Source: Ramazzottius varieornatus
Taxonomy: Eukaryota; Animalia; Tardigrada
Assembly: GCA_001949185.1 (NCBI GenBank)
Contig: BDGG01000012.1
Location: forward strand, 922,973-986,972
Direction of reading: 5' to 3'
Length of the DNA: 64,000 nt
Position numbers and translations under genes: made by a program. Positions 13,081 to 25,775 of the stretch are shown here, piece by piece. Under the pieces are notes generated by a model. That model searched no databases. It was not told the DNA's origin and worked only from the letters and a program-made list of their open reading frames with translations. How positions within the stretch are numbered: position 1 is the first letter of the stretch; each line of letters begins with the position of its first letter.

Positions 13081-15482
13081 ATGGCCGGAGCTTCCAGTGT
13101 TCCCGGATTCCGGGATGTTGATGAGTGCGTATCTTGGCGCCTTATCCACCGCTGAGTTTTGTGCCGCTTTATGCAATACATTCTGTCTTGCAGGTTGGCC
13201 AATACTCCCGCCAGAAGACCGCGATATGAGAGCGTTGTGTCCATCGTCGGAGGGGAGGAAAAGCTCGTACAAGTGGAACTTCCGCCGGCAGCGCGCACAA
13301 AGCTGACAAAATCCCAGATATCAATTCTGATTGCCGGTAGCTGTTCCAGCATGTTCATGCATATGGCTATCAGCAGTATGCCACTTATTCTTCCTCCAAC
13401 GGTAAGCCGCATCATCTGTTGTTTGCGAAGCCATCAGCGAGGTGTCAATCTGTTCTATAGATTATCGAGAAAGGTATCTCTTATGGGTACACCGGAGTAA
13501 TCTTCTCGGTATTTGCCGTGTCGATCGCGATATTCGAGCCACTTCAAGCCAAAATTGTAAGAACTTCCTCGATCGACTGTTTGTATGCTCAGCCAGGGCG
13601 ACTGTTGTTTATTCGAATTCTTTTGCAGATTCCATTCCTTGGAACCAAAAGAGCTTTCGTGGGTAGTTCCTTCGTTGGAGGACTTTGCTATTTGGCTTTC
13701 GCGTAAGCGTTAGTTCCATAGTCTCTTTTCATTGGCCATTGAAGTCACTAAAAGGAGGAAGAAAATGATTTTAGATTTCTGGACTATGCCGACACGACTG
13801 CTGCTTTTGTTGCGCCGGCATGTATCATCCGGTTCATCGAAGGGATTTATTATGCTAGTAAGTCATACCTGCAGAATACTCACGTTAAAGTCATACAACT
13901 TTGTCATTATCAATCCCTGTTCTATTGATAGTTCTGATCACATCATCCAACGTCATCGTTTGCCTGTCGTTTCCGGATCGAGCAAGTTTTGCTTTTGTAA
14001 GTCGGGATGACCGTACGACACCTCGTGACTGTTTAGGTGAAACCCATATCACTCTTTGTTACAGGGAGTCCTAGAAGGTTTTGTGGGTGTTGGATTTACA
14101 TTTGGACCTGTTATTGGAGGAACTCTATACAGGGTATGATAGATTCAAAAGCAATCTCACGATTGTGCAGCATGCTTTTCCATTCCTTGTAGGAGGTGGG
14201 ATTTTACGCGCCATTCGTCTTCATCGGAGTCGCACTTCTGCTCACAGCGGTTCTTGGATATTTCTCTATAGAGCAAATCAGTGGTAAAGCGAGTTAAGTT
14301 GCACTGGTGATGGTACCTTAAATACTCAAATTTCTTACTTTGTCAAGGGATAAACTTGGAAGCTAGACCTCGGGAGAAAAGACGTTTAATACGGGATCCA
14401 GCATTCATAGGATGCGGCGTGCTGTGCTTCTCTATGGGCGTCATTTGGGGAATATTCGAAACCGCACTCGAACCATATCTTGCAACGGTCGGTTGGTCTT
14501 TTCTGACTTCGGGCTTTGCTCATATTAACCAACCGGGGGTTGTTTCCGTAGTACGACCGAGGACCTGGAGTGGAGGCACTGGTGTTTGCTATTGCTTACT
14601 TAGCGTATGCCGGCATGGCTCCTGTCTGGGGCTATGTCTTCCGTAAAGTGCATATTGACTATCGCTGGGTCCTTCTGGGTCCCGTGGTCATCGGTGTTGT
14701 TTGGATGGTCCTCGGTCCCATTCCGGGTCTTTCATTCATCCCTCCAAGGCAAGTGCAGGCGTTGGCGCTGTGCTGTTAAATGTAGGTTTCATGGTATCGT
14801 TTTCATAGTGTTCTCTGGCTGGACACGGTCTGTCTCTTCCTTATTAACGTGGGCGTGGCCTACGTATTCGTCTTCAGTTACGATACTATGCTGAAAAGAG
14901 CTATGTAAGTTTTGTTTTTTCGACAAGTGGAGCTCTTGCTCGTTGCATTGGTATGTTCATGACGAGCAGAATAGGATGTTGCTGGATCTTTTATAGTTTC
15001 TGTGGACTGGAAGAAAATGTCGCTACATATGCGCTGATCGTTGCTTCGTTCTTCACATCCATCTACCTCGGGTAAGTGACACCTGGACTGGTTTTGTTGT
15101 TTTGGACGTCTGAATACTAGTATGTCATTGCAGCGAAGTCGTGGGTCCTATCATCGGGGGCGCGGTTTACTCCCAATATAATTTCCAGTATGTGGCAGCG
15201 GTGGCATCGGGCACTCAGTTTGGGTTCGCTGGGCTTGCCGCCGTCATAATGCTGATTGCATGGAAGAAAGTCGGGAAAAGATTACGTGGCTATGGGCATA
15301 GCGTGTTTCCATCTTGGATCAAGTCTAATCAGATCAAAGAACAGGAATCTGAAGAATCGAGTCCCTTGAATTCGAACGACAACTCTAGCGATTTCACTAT
15401 TTTTCAGCCAGCTACCGATTCTCGCAAGACAGGAGCGCTCAACCAAAACCGAGACAGTGTCGGATATGGGAGCATGTCCTAA
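13081..15482 (+). CDS. MFS transporter, SLC18B1-like, multi-exon
   Basis: MAGASSVPGFRDVDE|LANTPARR...; GFTFGPVIGGTLY, GGFYAPF, GIFETALEPYL and GPIIGGAVY motifs; many TM segments. Includes a GC-AG intron at 14749-14808. Confidence 0.75.
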
Positions 15483-15845
15483 AGTTCCTATCATCACAGG
15501 AACCTGGTTTTTCTATCAGTTTCTGCATTTGATAACACTTTGGGCTCGTCGCATTCTCATTTCACCCCCTTTCCTAAATTATTTGCACGGCGCTGCATAA
15601 TAAGGATACGGCAGTCATAAACAAGTATAAGTCGACTATATACGTAAGTACCGGCAAGAAAGCACGATTGAAGTTTCCCGATTTCGTCAAATCGTCGCGT
15701 CTCGAACGTGGAGAAAACAGAACATTTTGAACGCAGTGATAGGATTTACCAGTCAAATCATGGTGCAGGGCCTCTAGTTCGCAACTTTGCCGTCTTCGAC
15801 AAAGACCGAAAGAGAACTTTGAGCCGTTAAATCTATGAATCAGTC

Positions 15846-15927
15846 GATCATGTGGCCGAGTGGTCTAAGGCGCTGGATTAAGGCTCCAGTCTTTTCGGAG
15901 GCGTGGGTTCAAATCCCACCGTGATCA
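15846..15927 (+). tRNA. tRNA-Leu(AAG), type II with long variable arm
   Basis: Acceptor stem GATCATG/CGTGATC, D-arm TGGCCGAGTGGTCTAAGGC, anticodon stem CTGGA/TCCAG with loop TTAAGGC, T-loop GGTTCAAATCC. Confidence 0.95.
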
Positions 15928-15929
15928 GA

Positions 15930-15936
15930 TTTTTTT
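15930..15936 (+). terminator. Pol III oligo-T terminator
   Basis: T-run starting 2 nt after the tRNA discriminator base. Confidence 0.75.
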
Positions 15937-16081
15937 GAGGTAGATGAATGGTCGGACACGCACGATGGATAAGTATGGGACGGGCGGAAAGGACACCAAC
16001 TTTACATCGTGAATGCGAGCCAGCAAGGAAAATCGAGCATATGACGTAACAGTGAAATTTAACCGAAGAAAATTGTCATGG

Positions 16082-16556
16082 ACTACGAGGTAAACGTCAC
16101 AATTCGGACGTAGTGATTTTCCCGTCACAATTCGGGCGGTCTAGAATTTTGTACGCCGTGGCCCGATCCGTTTGTTTTCAATGCTATCTTGTGGAGAAAG
16201 ATCTTCCTTATCTAGCCAAACAGATTTGAGCACACACACGGCCTAGACCTTGAAGATACAATGCTCGGAAGAAAGGAGAGTTGCTGTAATGCTAAAAAGC
16301 CTGGAAAAAACTCAACAGCGAGGCCGAGAGAGGCGCTGTTGTCGCTTTTCGCGGTAGCTGTGATCTACGTCATAGATTCGGTTTCAATTATTTTGGGAAT
16401 CCCGTAAGTAAAGTAAGCCGTAGGATGTTTGCCACGACGTACTTCCGCCAGTAAGCCATTGTCGAAAGCGACATGTGCTGCCACCCCATACCGCAGCATC
16501 GCCCGAATTGTGACGGGAAAATCACTACGCCCGAATTGTGACGTTTATCTCGTAGT
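16082..16556. mobile_element. MITE with ~56-bp TIRs nested in the TA-MITE
   Basis: 16082-16137 ACTACGAGGTAAACGTCACAATTCGGACGTAGTGATTTTCCCGTCACAATTCGGGC is the near-perfect reverse complement of 16501-16556. The right flank is hidden by the N gap. Confidence 0.75.
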
Positions 16557-16606
16557 NNNNNNNNNNNNNNNNNNNNNNNNNNNNNNNNNNNNNNNNNNNN
16601 NNNNNN
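16557..16606. other. Assembly gap
   Basis: Run of 50 N. Confidence 0.99.
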
Positions 16607-16970
16607 AGCACTACAGTACTTTCTTCCGGAGACGCTCTCGAATTCATATCGTTTCTGTTCCCATAATGTCCCAGCCCTCCAAGACCAAGCGCCCTCGACG
16701 GCCAGTGTTGTTCCAATACGACGTTTTGGATTGTAATTGCAATTGAGATTAGGTGAGTGCTCCTCTCACCACCGGCACCACCGATGGGCTCCTCTCACCA
16801 CTTCTTTGATTAAACGAAATGTGGTGAGATGAACCAAAAATCACCAGTTCACCACCACCACCACGAAAGTGATGTTTCTTGTCACTATCGTTACCAAAGA
16901 TCCAGAAATGAGCTGAAGGTTTGCGAGGAACTTGTAGGCGCAAGAGCTTTGCCAGTTCTAATCGTTCAAA

Positions 16971-17468
16971 ATGGCAGATCTAAATGCTGTGATCGCCTTG
17001 GGAGGCACTTTTCAGACTTACCAGGAATTTGAAAGTATCGTGCAACTGTATAAGGACGAGACCTATACCGTTTGGTCGGTGAAGAGAGCACAGAAGCTGA
17101 AGGACCAGTACAAGGACACACTCGAGTACAAATTCAAGCATCTGGTGTGCAAGCACCATGCTGGATACGAGCCTGTTATGGATACCGAGCGCCATCACAA
17201 GCGGACTAGCAACACCGGGTGTCTCGCCGAACTGTACCTATCAGCAGAACGGGCACAGAACAAGCTTATCATTTGTACCTTTAATGACACTCACAATCAT
17301 CCTGTATCGGCGGAACTGTATGCTCAGTATCCCGAGAATCGTCGACTAACGGAAGCCCGAGACCTGCGCGCCAACTTTGTTTCAAGTGTAGCCGTTGCGA
17401 GGACATTAGCTCAGAAGTCCAACAAAGTGGTGAGACGTAAGGACATCAATAAGTCAGTCCAAGCCTGA
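16971..17468 (+). CDS. MULE transposase N-terminal FAR1/ZSWIM3-type Zn DNA-binding domain; DDE core absent
   Basis: FQTYQEFESIVQLY...LVCKH...SNTGCLAELYL...FNDTHNHPVS (C-H...C...HNH pattern). Confidence 0.75.
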   Translation: MADLNAVIALGGTFQTYQEFESIVQLYKDETYTVWSVKRAQKLKDQYKDTLEYKFKHLVCKHHAGYEPVMDTERHHKRTSNTGCLAELYLSAERAQNKLIICTFNDTHNHPVSAELYAQYPENRRLTEARDLRANFVSSVAVARTLAQKSNKVVRRKDINKSVQA

Positions 17469-17664
17469 CAAGTCAGGTAGCAGTGCCCATAGTTGACCCC
17501 TCCCTTGCTCTCGCAACGACTAACCGACGTCGAGGTCGCCCGAAGAAAACTAAGAGCATGGCGAACTCACAGTTCAACTCACGCCCCACGCAGAACACAC
17601 AAGACCGTGGTCGCGACTCAAACACCACAAGCCTACACAACCACCAGCAAAGCGCCCACGTCGA

Positions 17665-18241
17665 ATGACCATAGCTGTGGAACCTCCAAAACAGATCGTG
17701 CACCCACGACGGAGAGCTACTACTTCCGCCACTTATACCGATGTACCGGTAGACCCCGATCTGAATGCGGCTGAACGGTTTTTCGGACGTGAACCCGTAT
17801 CCTATCGGATTACTGTCGGTGGTGTCGAGTACATACTGTTGCGGGCTGAAATTGCGCGTGCTTTGCGGGACCAGACAGTTTGCCAGAGCATTGTATGGGC
17901 AACAGCCGGGCTGCTGGCCCAACGTGGTGGCGGAGCCATTTCGGGATTACTCACGCCGGACCGATTACACAACCCAGGCTTTCGAGGACTTGACAAACCA
18001 GGACCATGCGTTCAAGTACACTTCAATGGCGCCAATCACTTCTTGGCTAGTGCATGGAACCCGACCTCACGAGATGTGAGCATATTTGTCAGCAAACCAA
18101 GCGTTGATTTGGCAGGTCAAGCACGAGCTATGGCTGTGCTATTCTCAGGGCGAGGAAGAACTCCGCGGTCGAAATGGATCAGTACAAGACCAAGTTAACA
18201 GCGTCGACTGTGCGTTCTTCGCGCTGGCATTTGCTGCTTGA
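17665..18241 (+). pseudogene. Ulp1/C48-family cysteine protease remnant within the MULE
   Basis: VQVHFNGANHFLAS (catalytic His region) and, in a shifted frame at 18191, QVNSVDCAFFALAFA (QxNxxDC motif) followed by a stop. Confidence 0.65.
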
Positions 18242-20885
18242 ATTGTTGCAAAGAAGACCCCAGAGAGGCATCTTTCTCTGGGCAAAGTCCGCGTAGCTGA
18301 GTGATCTCGAGTTTTAGCGCAAAGAGCGCAACAGAGGTTAAGGGTAGACCCGGGCGCGCAGCCGAGCGAGTTTTTCTAAACTACCAGGACAACTTTACCT
18401 TCATTACGCCGGACGACGGGGTGGCGTTTTTGGCCCGATGGGCACCGGAGCCACAACCTAACGCCGATCGCAGGGTCGCCCCAGAGATCATTGTTCTTGA
18501 ATAGCTGTTTGTACAAATGAGTATGAACACTGTGGTACTTCTGTGAGTTATTTGTCGCCCCATCGGCTAATGCGTTCTCCCAGCGACAGATTACGGACAT
18601 ACTACCTAGTTTCTCGTATTTCGGTCACCTCCAGTTGAAATAAAATTCTGGGCGGTGGTGCAATGAGCCGTGGGTGGTGTCAAAAGTTTAGATATTAGTG
18701 GTGAGAGGAGTCCATCGGTGGTGTGTCAGTTAGAACCGGTGGTGAGAGGAGCCCTCACCTCAAGATTAGTCGGAATATCCCGGGCGGCAGCAATTTTATT
18801 TATCTGACATTCAGCTCAACTAAATTAGCAATTACAATCAATCGAAATTCAGCTCGCGACAGCAATTGTAATTATTTTCATAGTGGTTCATTTTTGGGAT
18901 TCGGATATTCATATAATTGTGTTCTGCGAGAGCGTCACACGTCTTTCCGGCTTCCGGTGACGCTATTGAATAAATCATCGACCGGTTGAGTCAGCAGTAG
19001 AAAGCTGTTCAGTATTCAATAGCTCTTAACTCCGCTCAAACTATGGCAAGCCTGAGCCTACGGCGAAAGATCAAAGGATGGGACTGCGGGTTCATTCACA
19101 TCTGACGTAATGAAGAGCTTCTTTCACTCAAATAATCAACTCAAGTAAACTGTGGACTCCGCCCAGACCGCTTGCTACGCTCGCTGACCAATAGACAGCA
19201 AGGATGGGCCATTGAACCAGCTGCGATTGGGCAGCCAGCAAACCCACCATTGCCAGTGGCTAGGTATCGGTGGTCATCCTAGCAAGACCAGTGGTCAGCC
19301 CCTAGTGGTCAACCTACCTATCGGTCGGTCATCACACCCTGTCGATCGTACGGTAAGGTTCGTGCCACTGTCCATTTGTCCGATCGGCAAGGTGCTGAGA
19401 CGAATCCATTTTGTTTTAATCAACCGGCCGTTTACTCCAGTTGATTTGTACCGAACTGATTGATGAGACACCAATTCATGACGCAGCAAAAACTTAGTAA
19501 AGCTGAAAAACCTCCATGATTCCAGAAAATTTCAGGAAAATTCCAGAAGAATCCAGGATTATCCCAAGATGATAATCCTTGCTCCTAGACGCTCGAGCAC
19601 TGCCTGAGAAGGGACGACGCAGGCTCTCCGTAGAATCTAAGTAACTTGAGTCTCTTGTTCCATGCGCGTGGAATAGGGCACTGGGCCGCAGGTTCAAAAT
19701 TACGCAGCAACTGTGCTGCGCACGCTACCTGGTCGCTGTACGCTGCGCTGTGCTGCACAACTTTCATGCCCAGTGGCTAAGCAGCTGTGCTGCAGATGCA
19801 CGTTGACCTGGTGCAACTGCGCTGTACGCCGATATATTGAGGTGGTTCGTAATTTAGTCAGCGAAATCGATAGTCAACCTGGAGAACGTTGCCCTAAAGT
19901 ACGGCAAAGCTGAGACAGCTGACGTTCGAATGCCCAAAAACTGTAATTTTTGTTAGGTTTCGCTGGGTGCATCTGCGCGGTAGTCTGTGGCTTTCTGCTG
20001 TATGCTGTGCTGTGCCGCACAAATTTCGGCACGCACTGTAGCTGTGCTGCAGTACAGCGCATGCGGCCAGATTCCGTGCTCTAGCGGGGAATGCTCGGTA
20101 GATGTTTGGCATGAAGCACGTTATGCTCAACGCATTGAATACGGACTGATCAAGTACTGTATCCCCTCTCAAACCTTGCGCGTACTTCATCCAGTTCGCG
20201 AAACAGTCCTTAGGGGTTGGTAGGGAAAACTGTCGCGACGGGGGTTTAACTTCACGCGTGCGCTGATGCAGCGCGCGTGGCTCACGAGTCACGAAGCAAC
20301 CCAGTAAGCATCGAGTATCAAGGCAATCAGCACCTTGCTCCCTCGTGCGACATACACATGCGCACACACGTTCGTCCAATCAAGCACCGAGACAAGCGAA
20401 AATCCCGTAACTTGATACACCCACTTGCGTTTCACTACACTGTTGGCGCAAATTCAGTAATTTCAAATTAATTTAATTTGCCGGATTTTGCGTTTCAATT
20501 ACCAATTATAATTTCTTATATTCTCTAAATCCTATTCAATTTTGATTAATTAGCGGAGTTGTCCAGCCTGGGATCTGCAATTTCAAATGTCATATTGGAA
20601 TTCCAAAACGGTCGGTTCTGGCCATTTTCGGTTATCAGTTGTAATGATCGGAACAACACTGTCGACGGCATAGCGAGAACGCCTTGAAGGACGCGCTTTC
20701 TGGTATTCAGCACGTACGTACAGCAAAGCAGCCTTCAGTGCTGGTTTTTACTTCTAGTAAGAATAACCTGCCCGTGCCACCGTAGCGAAAAGTCCTGTCC
20801 CATTTTTTTAGCGTCTCATACTTACCCATCGTACGTGTACCTCGCCTTCTGCGAACGACGGCGTGCCTAAATGCGGTCTGATTCG

Positions 20886-21375
20886 TAGGGTTGTTAATGG
20901 ATGATTAAATGGTCATAAACGGATGGATGAGCGGATGGATGGAACCGTCCACCGGATTGTTGCTGGATGGCTGGGATCTCTGTCCGGATGGTTGATGGAT
21001 GGATGCACCACCTATTCGAACCATCCGATTTCCACCCGGATAGCATACTGAATTATTTAAGTAACTCGAAAATTTTTGTCAAGTGGGCTAAAAGTGGGCG
21101 TTTCGAGATGGCGACTCCAGCAGTTGCACAGTTTTTTTGTACTCGATCGGACCTCGCGTATTCGAGCGGAATAAAGTCCGAATTGATCTCAGCCTTGATC
21201 AACTTTCAGTTGGTAAACTGGGTTAAGTCCCTGTCCAAGTCATGGTTTTATCCGGATAGAAAGTTGGACGGATGGGGGACCCATCCGGATTGCGTCCGGA
21301 TGGATGGATGGGAAGCTCATCCAATCCCATTTCTATCCGGATCCATCCGTGGGCGGATTGCATTTCACAACCCTA
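20886..21375. mobile_element. hAT-type MITE, 490 bp
   Basis: TIR TAGGGTTGTTAATG / CATTTCACAACCCTA, perfect 8-bp TSD CTGATTCG on both sides, GGAT/ATCC subterminal repeats. Confidence 0.9.
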
Positions 21376-21477
21376 CTGATTCGGCAGCCGCTATAGATAG
21401 CAGAAAAAGTGAAAAACACCCATCAGCATTTACGCTTAAGGTCAAGAAATCAAATCACGATCTGGCTTTTTTGAGCA

Positions 21478-22712
21478 TCAGCTACAGGAATACTGTGATC
21501 CTACTGGCGCTAACGGAGGAGAACTGCCACCTGAGTCCTCGCTCGAGGTGTCCTGCTTAGTCCCAATCTTCTTCCGTGGTCTGGTCTTGACTGTCTCACT
21601 TGGACCACAGAAGGCGCGCAACGAGTCGGGCTCTTCGTTGCCAGCCGTATGAGTGGCGAAGGCGTTGATATTGCGGTTGGAGATCGAAGCTGCAAGAGAA
21701 ACCAACATGTGGAAGACCGGCAAACGGGGTGCACAAGAACGTTTCGTCAAGCGGTGCAAGATTTGCCTTGTTATTCACTAGTCGTACTTTTTCGTACTCT
21801 GCCTTGCGTGGTCGAAAGACGTCCTCAAACAACTCTTCCATAGTGTGCTCTGAACCAGAAAGTCCATCGAAAAGACGGCCAGACGTCACTCCAGAAGGCT
21901 CGGAAGTCGGAGCAACAATGCGGATGTGGAATTTCTACAGTGACTTTTATTTCTAACGGTTTCCAATTCACTGGCACAAATTTCTTCTTACCATGGTCGA
22001 CGGCTAGGACGATGCACGGATACCCTTGATCTCCCACTCGAGCGTGACAGATGATCTTCTTGACAGTTTCGCCAGCCACCATCGGTCGGATGTGTTGTAA
22101 AGAGAAGACCTGGACGGCGGAAAGAGGCGGTTGGGCATCAAGGCCGAGGAAGTAATGGACGACGACACCTTGCTTCTCCATGGCTGGACCACAACTTTAT
22201 GTATCCTGCGATAGACCCGAAAAGGGACACTACCGTAAGCTGTTGGGTGATACGTTGGAAACGGAAGTGGTAGTGAGATTTCTGGTTCTGGACAAGGGAC
22301 ATCATCTATTCTCAGCCTTCCAGAAACAAGTCAACAGGTTGAATCTTGATCAGCAAAATCAATCGATCAGTTGTCTACTGCCGCTGCGCCGTGCTGGCTG
22401 CGGTAAAGCTGACGTCACGTCATCCACGAGCCAGCGCGGTCGAACAACGGGCTGGAACGCGACTGCGATGACGCCATCGTATACCGCCTCGCACTTGTTA
22501 GTTGGTCCTGAGCGAACACCCGCATCGCCTGATGAATACTGGATGGTACTCTGGAACAGCTGATAGAAACAGATCAGTGTAAACGCTGAGGACGCCCTAC
22601 CATAGTGATCACTAACTTCGGAGTATGGCAAGCTCTCGTGATATCTCATCGATCTGTTATACAATCTGATCCTCACATTTCCCTTCTTCGGAAACAAACC
22701 TTCAGAGTCCAT
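21478..22712 (-). other. Possible degraded or unknown multi-exon gene, head-to-head with DGAT2
   Basis: Several minus-strand ORF pieces with splice-like boundaries (e.g. ...CIVLAVDHG|GTAAG near 21990). I could not join them into a stop-free frame. Confidence 0.25.
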
Positions 22713-24152
22713 GATGGGGTAAGCTTCTTTCGTCTTGGTTTCACGAATATATACCTACGAGATGTATTTGCAGGAAGAAAGTACTGGGAGTGGAGCTCGC
22801 TCCGGCGCACGTGCCGCTGGAGCGGCGGAAGCAGACGCTTTCAGCCTTGATGGCGATGCTCATCTTCGTCTTCGGTGGACTGTCTGCGACTATTCTCATG
22901 ATCAAACTTCTTTTCACCAACTATTTCTGGATAACATTACTATATGGAGTATGGTACATCTATGATTGGAATAGTAGCAGTCATGGAGGACATCGTGTCA
23001 ATAGCGTGCGTCGTATGAAATACAACGAATATCTGCGCGACTATTTCCCAATTTCACTTATCAAAACAGCCGATTTGGATCCGGCACACAACTACATCCT
23101 GGGATACCATCCACATGGCATCATGTCGATCGGTAGGTCCATGCTTCTGGTTTTAAGACACACCAGAATGGCCCGAACATTAGTTGGAATTTCGTACTGA
23201 GTATATTTGGATTTTAGGTGCGTACAATAATTTCGCGACGGAAGCAACAAGCTTCTCCGACAAATTTCCAGGCATCACTCCGTATTTCCTCACCTTGAAG
23301 CTACTTCATCACCTCCCACTGTACAGAGAGTATCTGAGCATGACTGGAATATGTGATGTTAGCAAACAAAGCATCCAGTATATTCTGCGACAAGGGAAGA
23401 AAGGCTGCGCCGTCGTCATTGTCATAGGAGGTCTGCTTTCTGTCTCTCTTGTTCGATGTGATTTCCTTGCGTAGTAGCAAAGTCTGATGTTGTTGTTGCA
23501 GGCGCCAAAGAAGCTATGGACGCTAATCCAGGAGAAACTAACATCGTTTTAAAGAAGCGCAAAGGCTTCGTCAAGATTGCCATTCGCGAAGGGTAAACTG
23601 AGAGGAAGGTTTCAAATTAAGTCGCGCATCACGTCACCGCGATCTACGTCTTCCGTGGTGACGCCAAGCACGACTTTGCATAACATTGTTGAGTTGGCGG
23701 TGCCTTCCAATGGCATTTTTTGTGCTGGTGTAGTGCGCAGCTGGTACCCGTCTTCTCCTTTGGTGAGAATGACATCTATAAGATGGCGTTGGAGAACGAT
23801 CCCGGCTCGAAAGTGAGGAAGTTTCAGAGGTGGTTCCAGCACGTCGTCGGATTCGCACCGGTTGTTTTCTCCGGTCGGGGAATTTTCAACTACACCTTCG
23901 GCTTGGTACCTTATCGGCATCCCGTCAACACCGTCGGTCAGTTTTTGCGTCCAGTAAAACTATTGTTGTCTGATCCAACGTTTCTTCGCTGTTTCAGTCG
24001 GGAAGCCTATTCCAGTGGAAAGGGTTGCCGAGCCAAGTCAGGAACAGATCGACGCCCTGCACGGACGTTACATGCAGGATTTGGAGCGGCTCTTCGACGC
24101 TCATAAGGATAAATACGGATACGGTGGTCACAAGCTCAATTTTATCGAATAG
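22711..24152 (+). CDS. Diacylglycerol/monoacylglycerol O-acyltransferase (DGAT2/MOGAT family), intact
   Basis: MMG|KKVLGVELAPAHVPLERRKQT, RDYFPISL, YILGYHPHG, IVIGGAKEA, RKGFVKIA, LVPVFSFGEND, FGLVPYRHP, VGKPIPV; all introns GT-AG; stop TAG at 24150-24152. Confidence 0.92.
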
Positions 24153-25012
24153 ATTTTCCAGAAAATTGTCTGATACTCATATGGTATCATTTTGCGTCGT
24201 GGTTTCCTTTTGATAAAGATGCTTTTTGCCCGATTTGACAGTATCGCTTGAGCTCATGGCAGCTCCCACAGTTTTATATTTTATTACGAGTAGCCATGCT
24301 TTGGTCCGGCGTTTTATTAAGATTTATTGTTTGAATTCAAACCGTGTTGTCCGAAATCCCGGGCAATCGGCGAAGACCAAAACCAGTAAAGAGAGTTTTG
24401 TCTCGTTACAGAAGAAGCTGGACTTTTTCAGCAGACATCGAGCTTTAATCTTGACATGACGCAGAACTCTGATAACAATCGTTATCGCGTCACGCCAGAT
24501 TGCTTTCCGCTGATTAAAACCAAAACACCACGTTTCACATCAGACTTGTCGTCAAAGAGAAGTACTTATCTCACGAGACGGCCATGCTGTCTGACTTTCG
24601 TGAACCGGAAGTGGGAGCGAAAGGATCCCGTCCCGTGGACAGTAGTAACAACACCAGGCAATACCAGCTTCATTCGCTAGCCGTCTGGCACCTCGAAAAG
24701 GGGTATGTTGCTTTGTATCGCTCATATGGCGTAAGTGCTCGGCTTTGATCGTTGGGAGCAAGCTGCTGTAATGCAAACCTCCTGTTTTGCTCCAGGAGAA
24801 CTGTGCTTGGTCTAGACTTCGATCCGTTGAGCGTTGAGTGCTCCGTTGAGGTGGTGGAAGAGGCACAGCGGCCTTTGTTGAAGTTGTTGCCTCCATGTAG
24901 CAAGTCATATGGACATGCAGAGATGAGGATCGACAGCGATGCGGTAGGCTATTAAGACAGCAAAGGCAGTGGTGAAGTCAGTAAAGGTCCTGATGGGCTT
25001 CTTCTANGTAAT

Positions 25013-25062
25013 NNNNNNNNNNNNNNNNNNNNNNNNNNNNNNNNNNNNNNNNNNNNNNNNNN
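25013..25062. other. Assembly gap
   Basis: Run of N. Confidence 0.99.
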
Positions 25063-25775
25063 GCATGTCCATGACTTGCTACATGGAGGTGGTCGGTGCC
25101 ATCGCAAGGCAGTTCGTCAACTCTAACAAAGTGGATGATCTACGACGACCTCTACCGGCTCCACGCAGCTCAAGACTCGAAGGACCCGAAAGTGTGGGAA
25201 CGTCTTCACGAAGACTCCTATTAACAAATGAGCCAAGTCACCGACCACAGACGAGGATCGCCATATATATATACCCATGGGTTATGGGGTCGACGGCAAT
25301 CTCCAAATGAATGCTCAGAATCCCCGAGGAATGCTGAGCACGAGGTGAAAAAGGATTCACGTTGGTTGAGCATTTCTCAGGGATTGAGCATCTATTCCTG
25401 AAAGATTTTTTGTTTCAGCATTTGAAAAGGTTCGATTAGTGATTGCTATCAGTCACGTGAAACATGTGACGTCATCACGGAGGATTTGTTTGCCTGGTGG
25501 CACAGGATTCACCACTAAAGCACCCAATCAGAATTCAGCCTGGGGGTTCTTAGTCACGCCCCACCGCCATGACGTACCAATGTACCACGACGTATCGGCT
25601 TACGTCAGGTATCCGTCAGTTGGCCTTCGTTTGATTGTCCTTTGTGCTGTTATCGGGTTGATTGGCTAAGTCGCACGCTTATGTTTGATTGATACTCCTG
25701 CTTGTAGCCCTGATTAGGTGAATTACCTTCGTTTTGAACTGCTTCCTTTTTCTCCCTCAGATTATCTGTGCGAAG

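Larger units (their letters stand above)
16752..18759 (+). mobile_element. Defective Mutator-like element (MULE) nested in the hAT
   Basis: TIRs GGTGAGTGCTCCTCTCACCACCGG... / ...CCGGTGGTGAGAGGAGCCCTCACC. Degenerate 9-bp TSD TTGAGATTA / TCAAGATTA (7 of 9 match). Confidence 0.8.
16703..20661. mobile_element. Non-autonomous hAT element
   Basis: TIR CAGTGTTGTTCC / GGAACAACACTG, perfect 8-bp TSD TCGACGGC (16695-16702 and 20662-20669), AATT-rich subterminal regions. Confidence 0.85.
15957..20837. mobile_element. TA-target MITE family (CACGCACGA TIR; Tc1/mariner-like), expanded by nested insertions
   Basis: Left end CACGCACGATGGATAAGTATGGGAC; right end CATACTTACCCATCGTACGTG|TA. Internal pieces match the copies at 29788-30420 and 34452-35058. 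Confidence 0.7.

Noticed and set aside
22710-22713. Overlapping divergent start codons (CATG) of DGAT2 and a minus-strand ORF
   Set aside because: The minus-strand gene could not be reconstructed without stops, so its ATG is unsupported.
24889-25090. ~28-bp inverted repeat flanking the second N gap
   Set aside because: It cannot be separated from an assembly artefact, and no TSD is visible.
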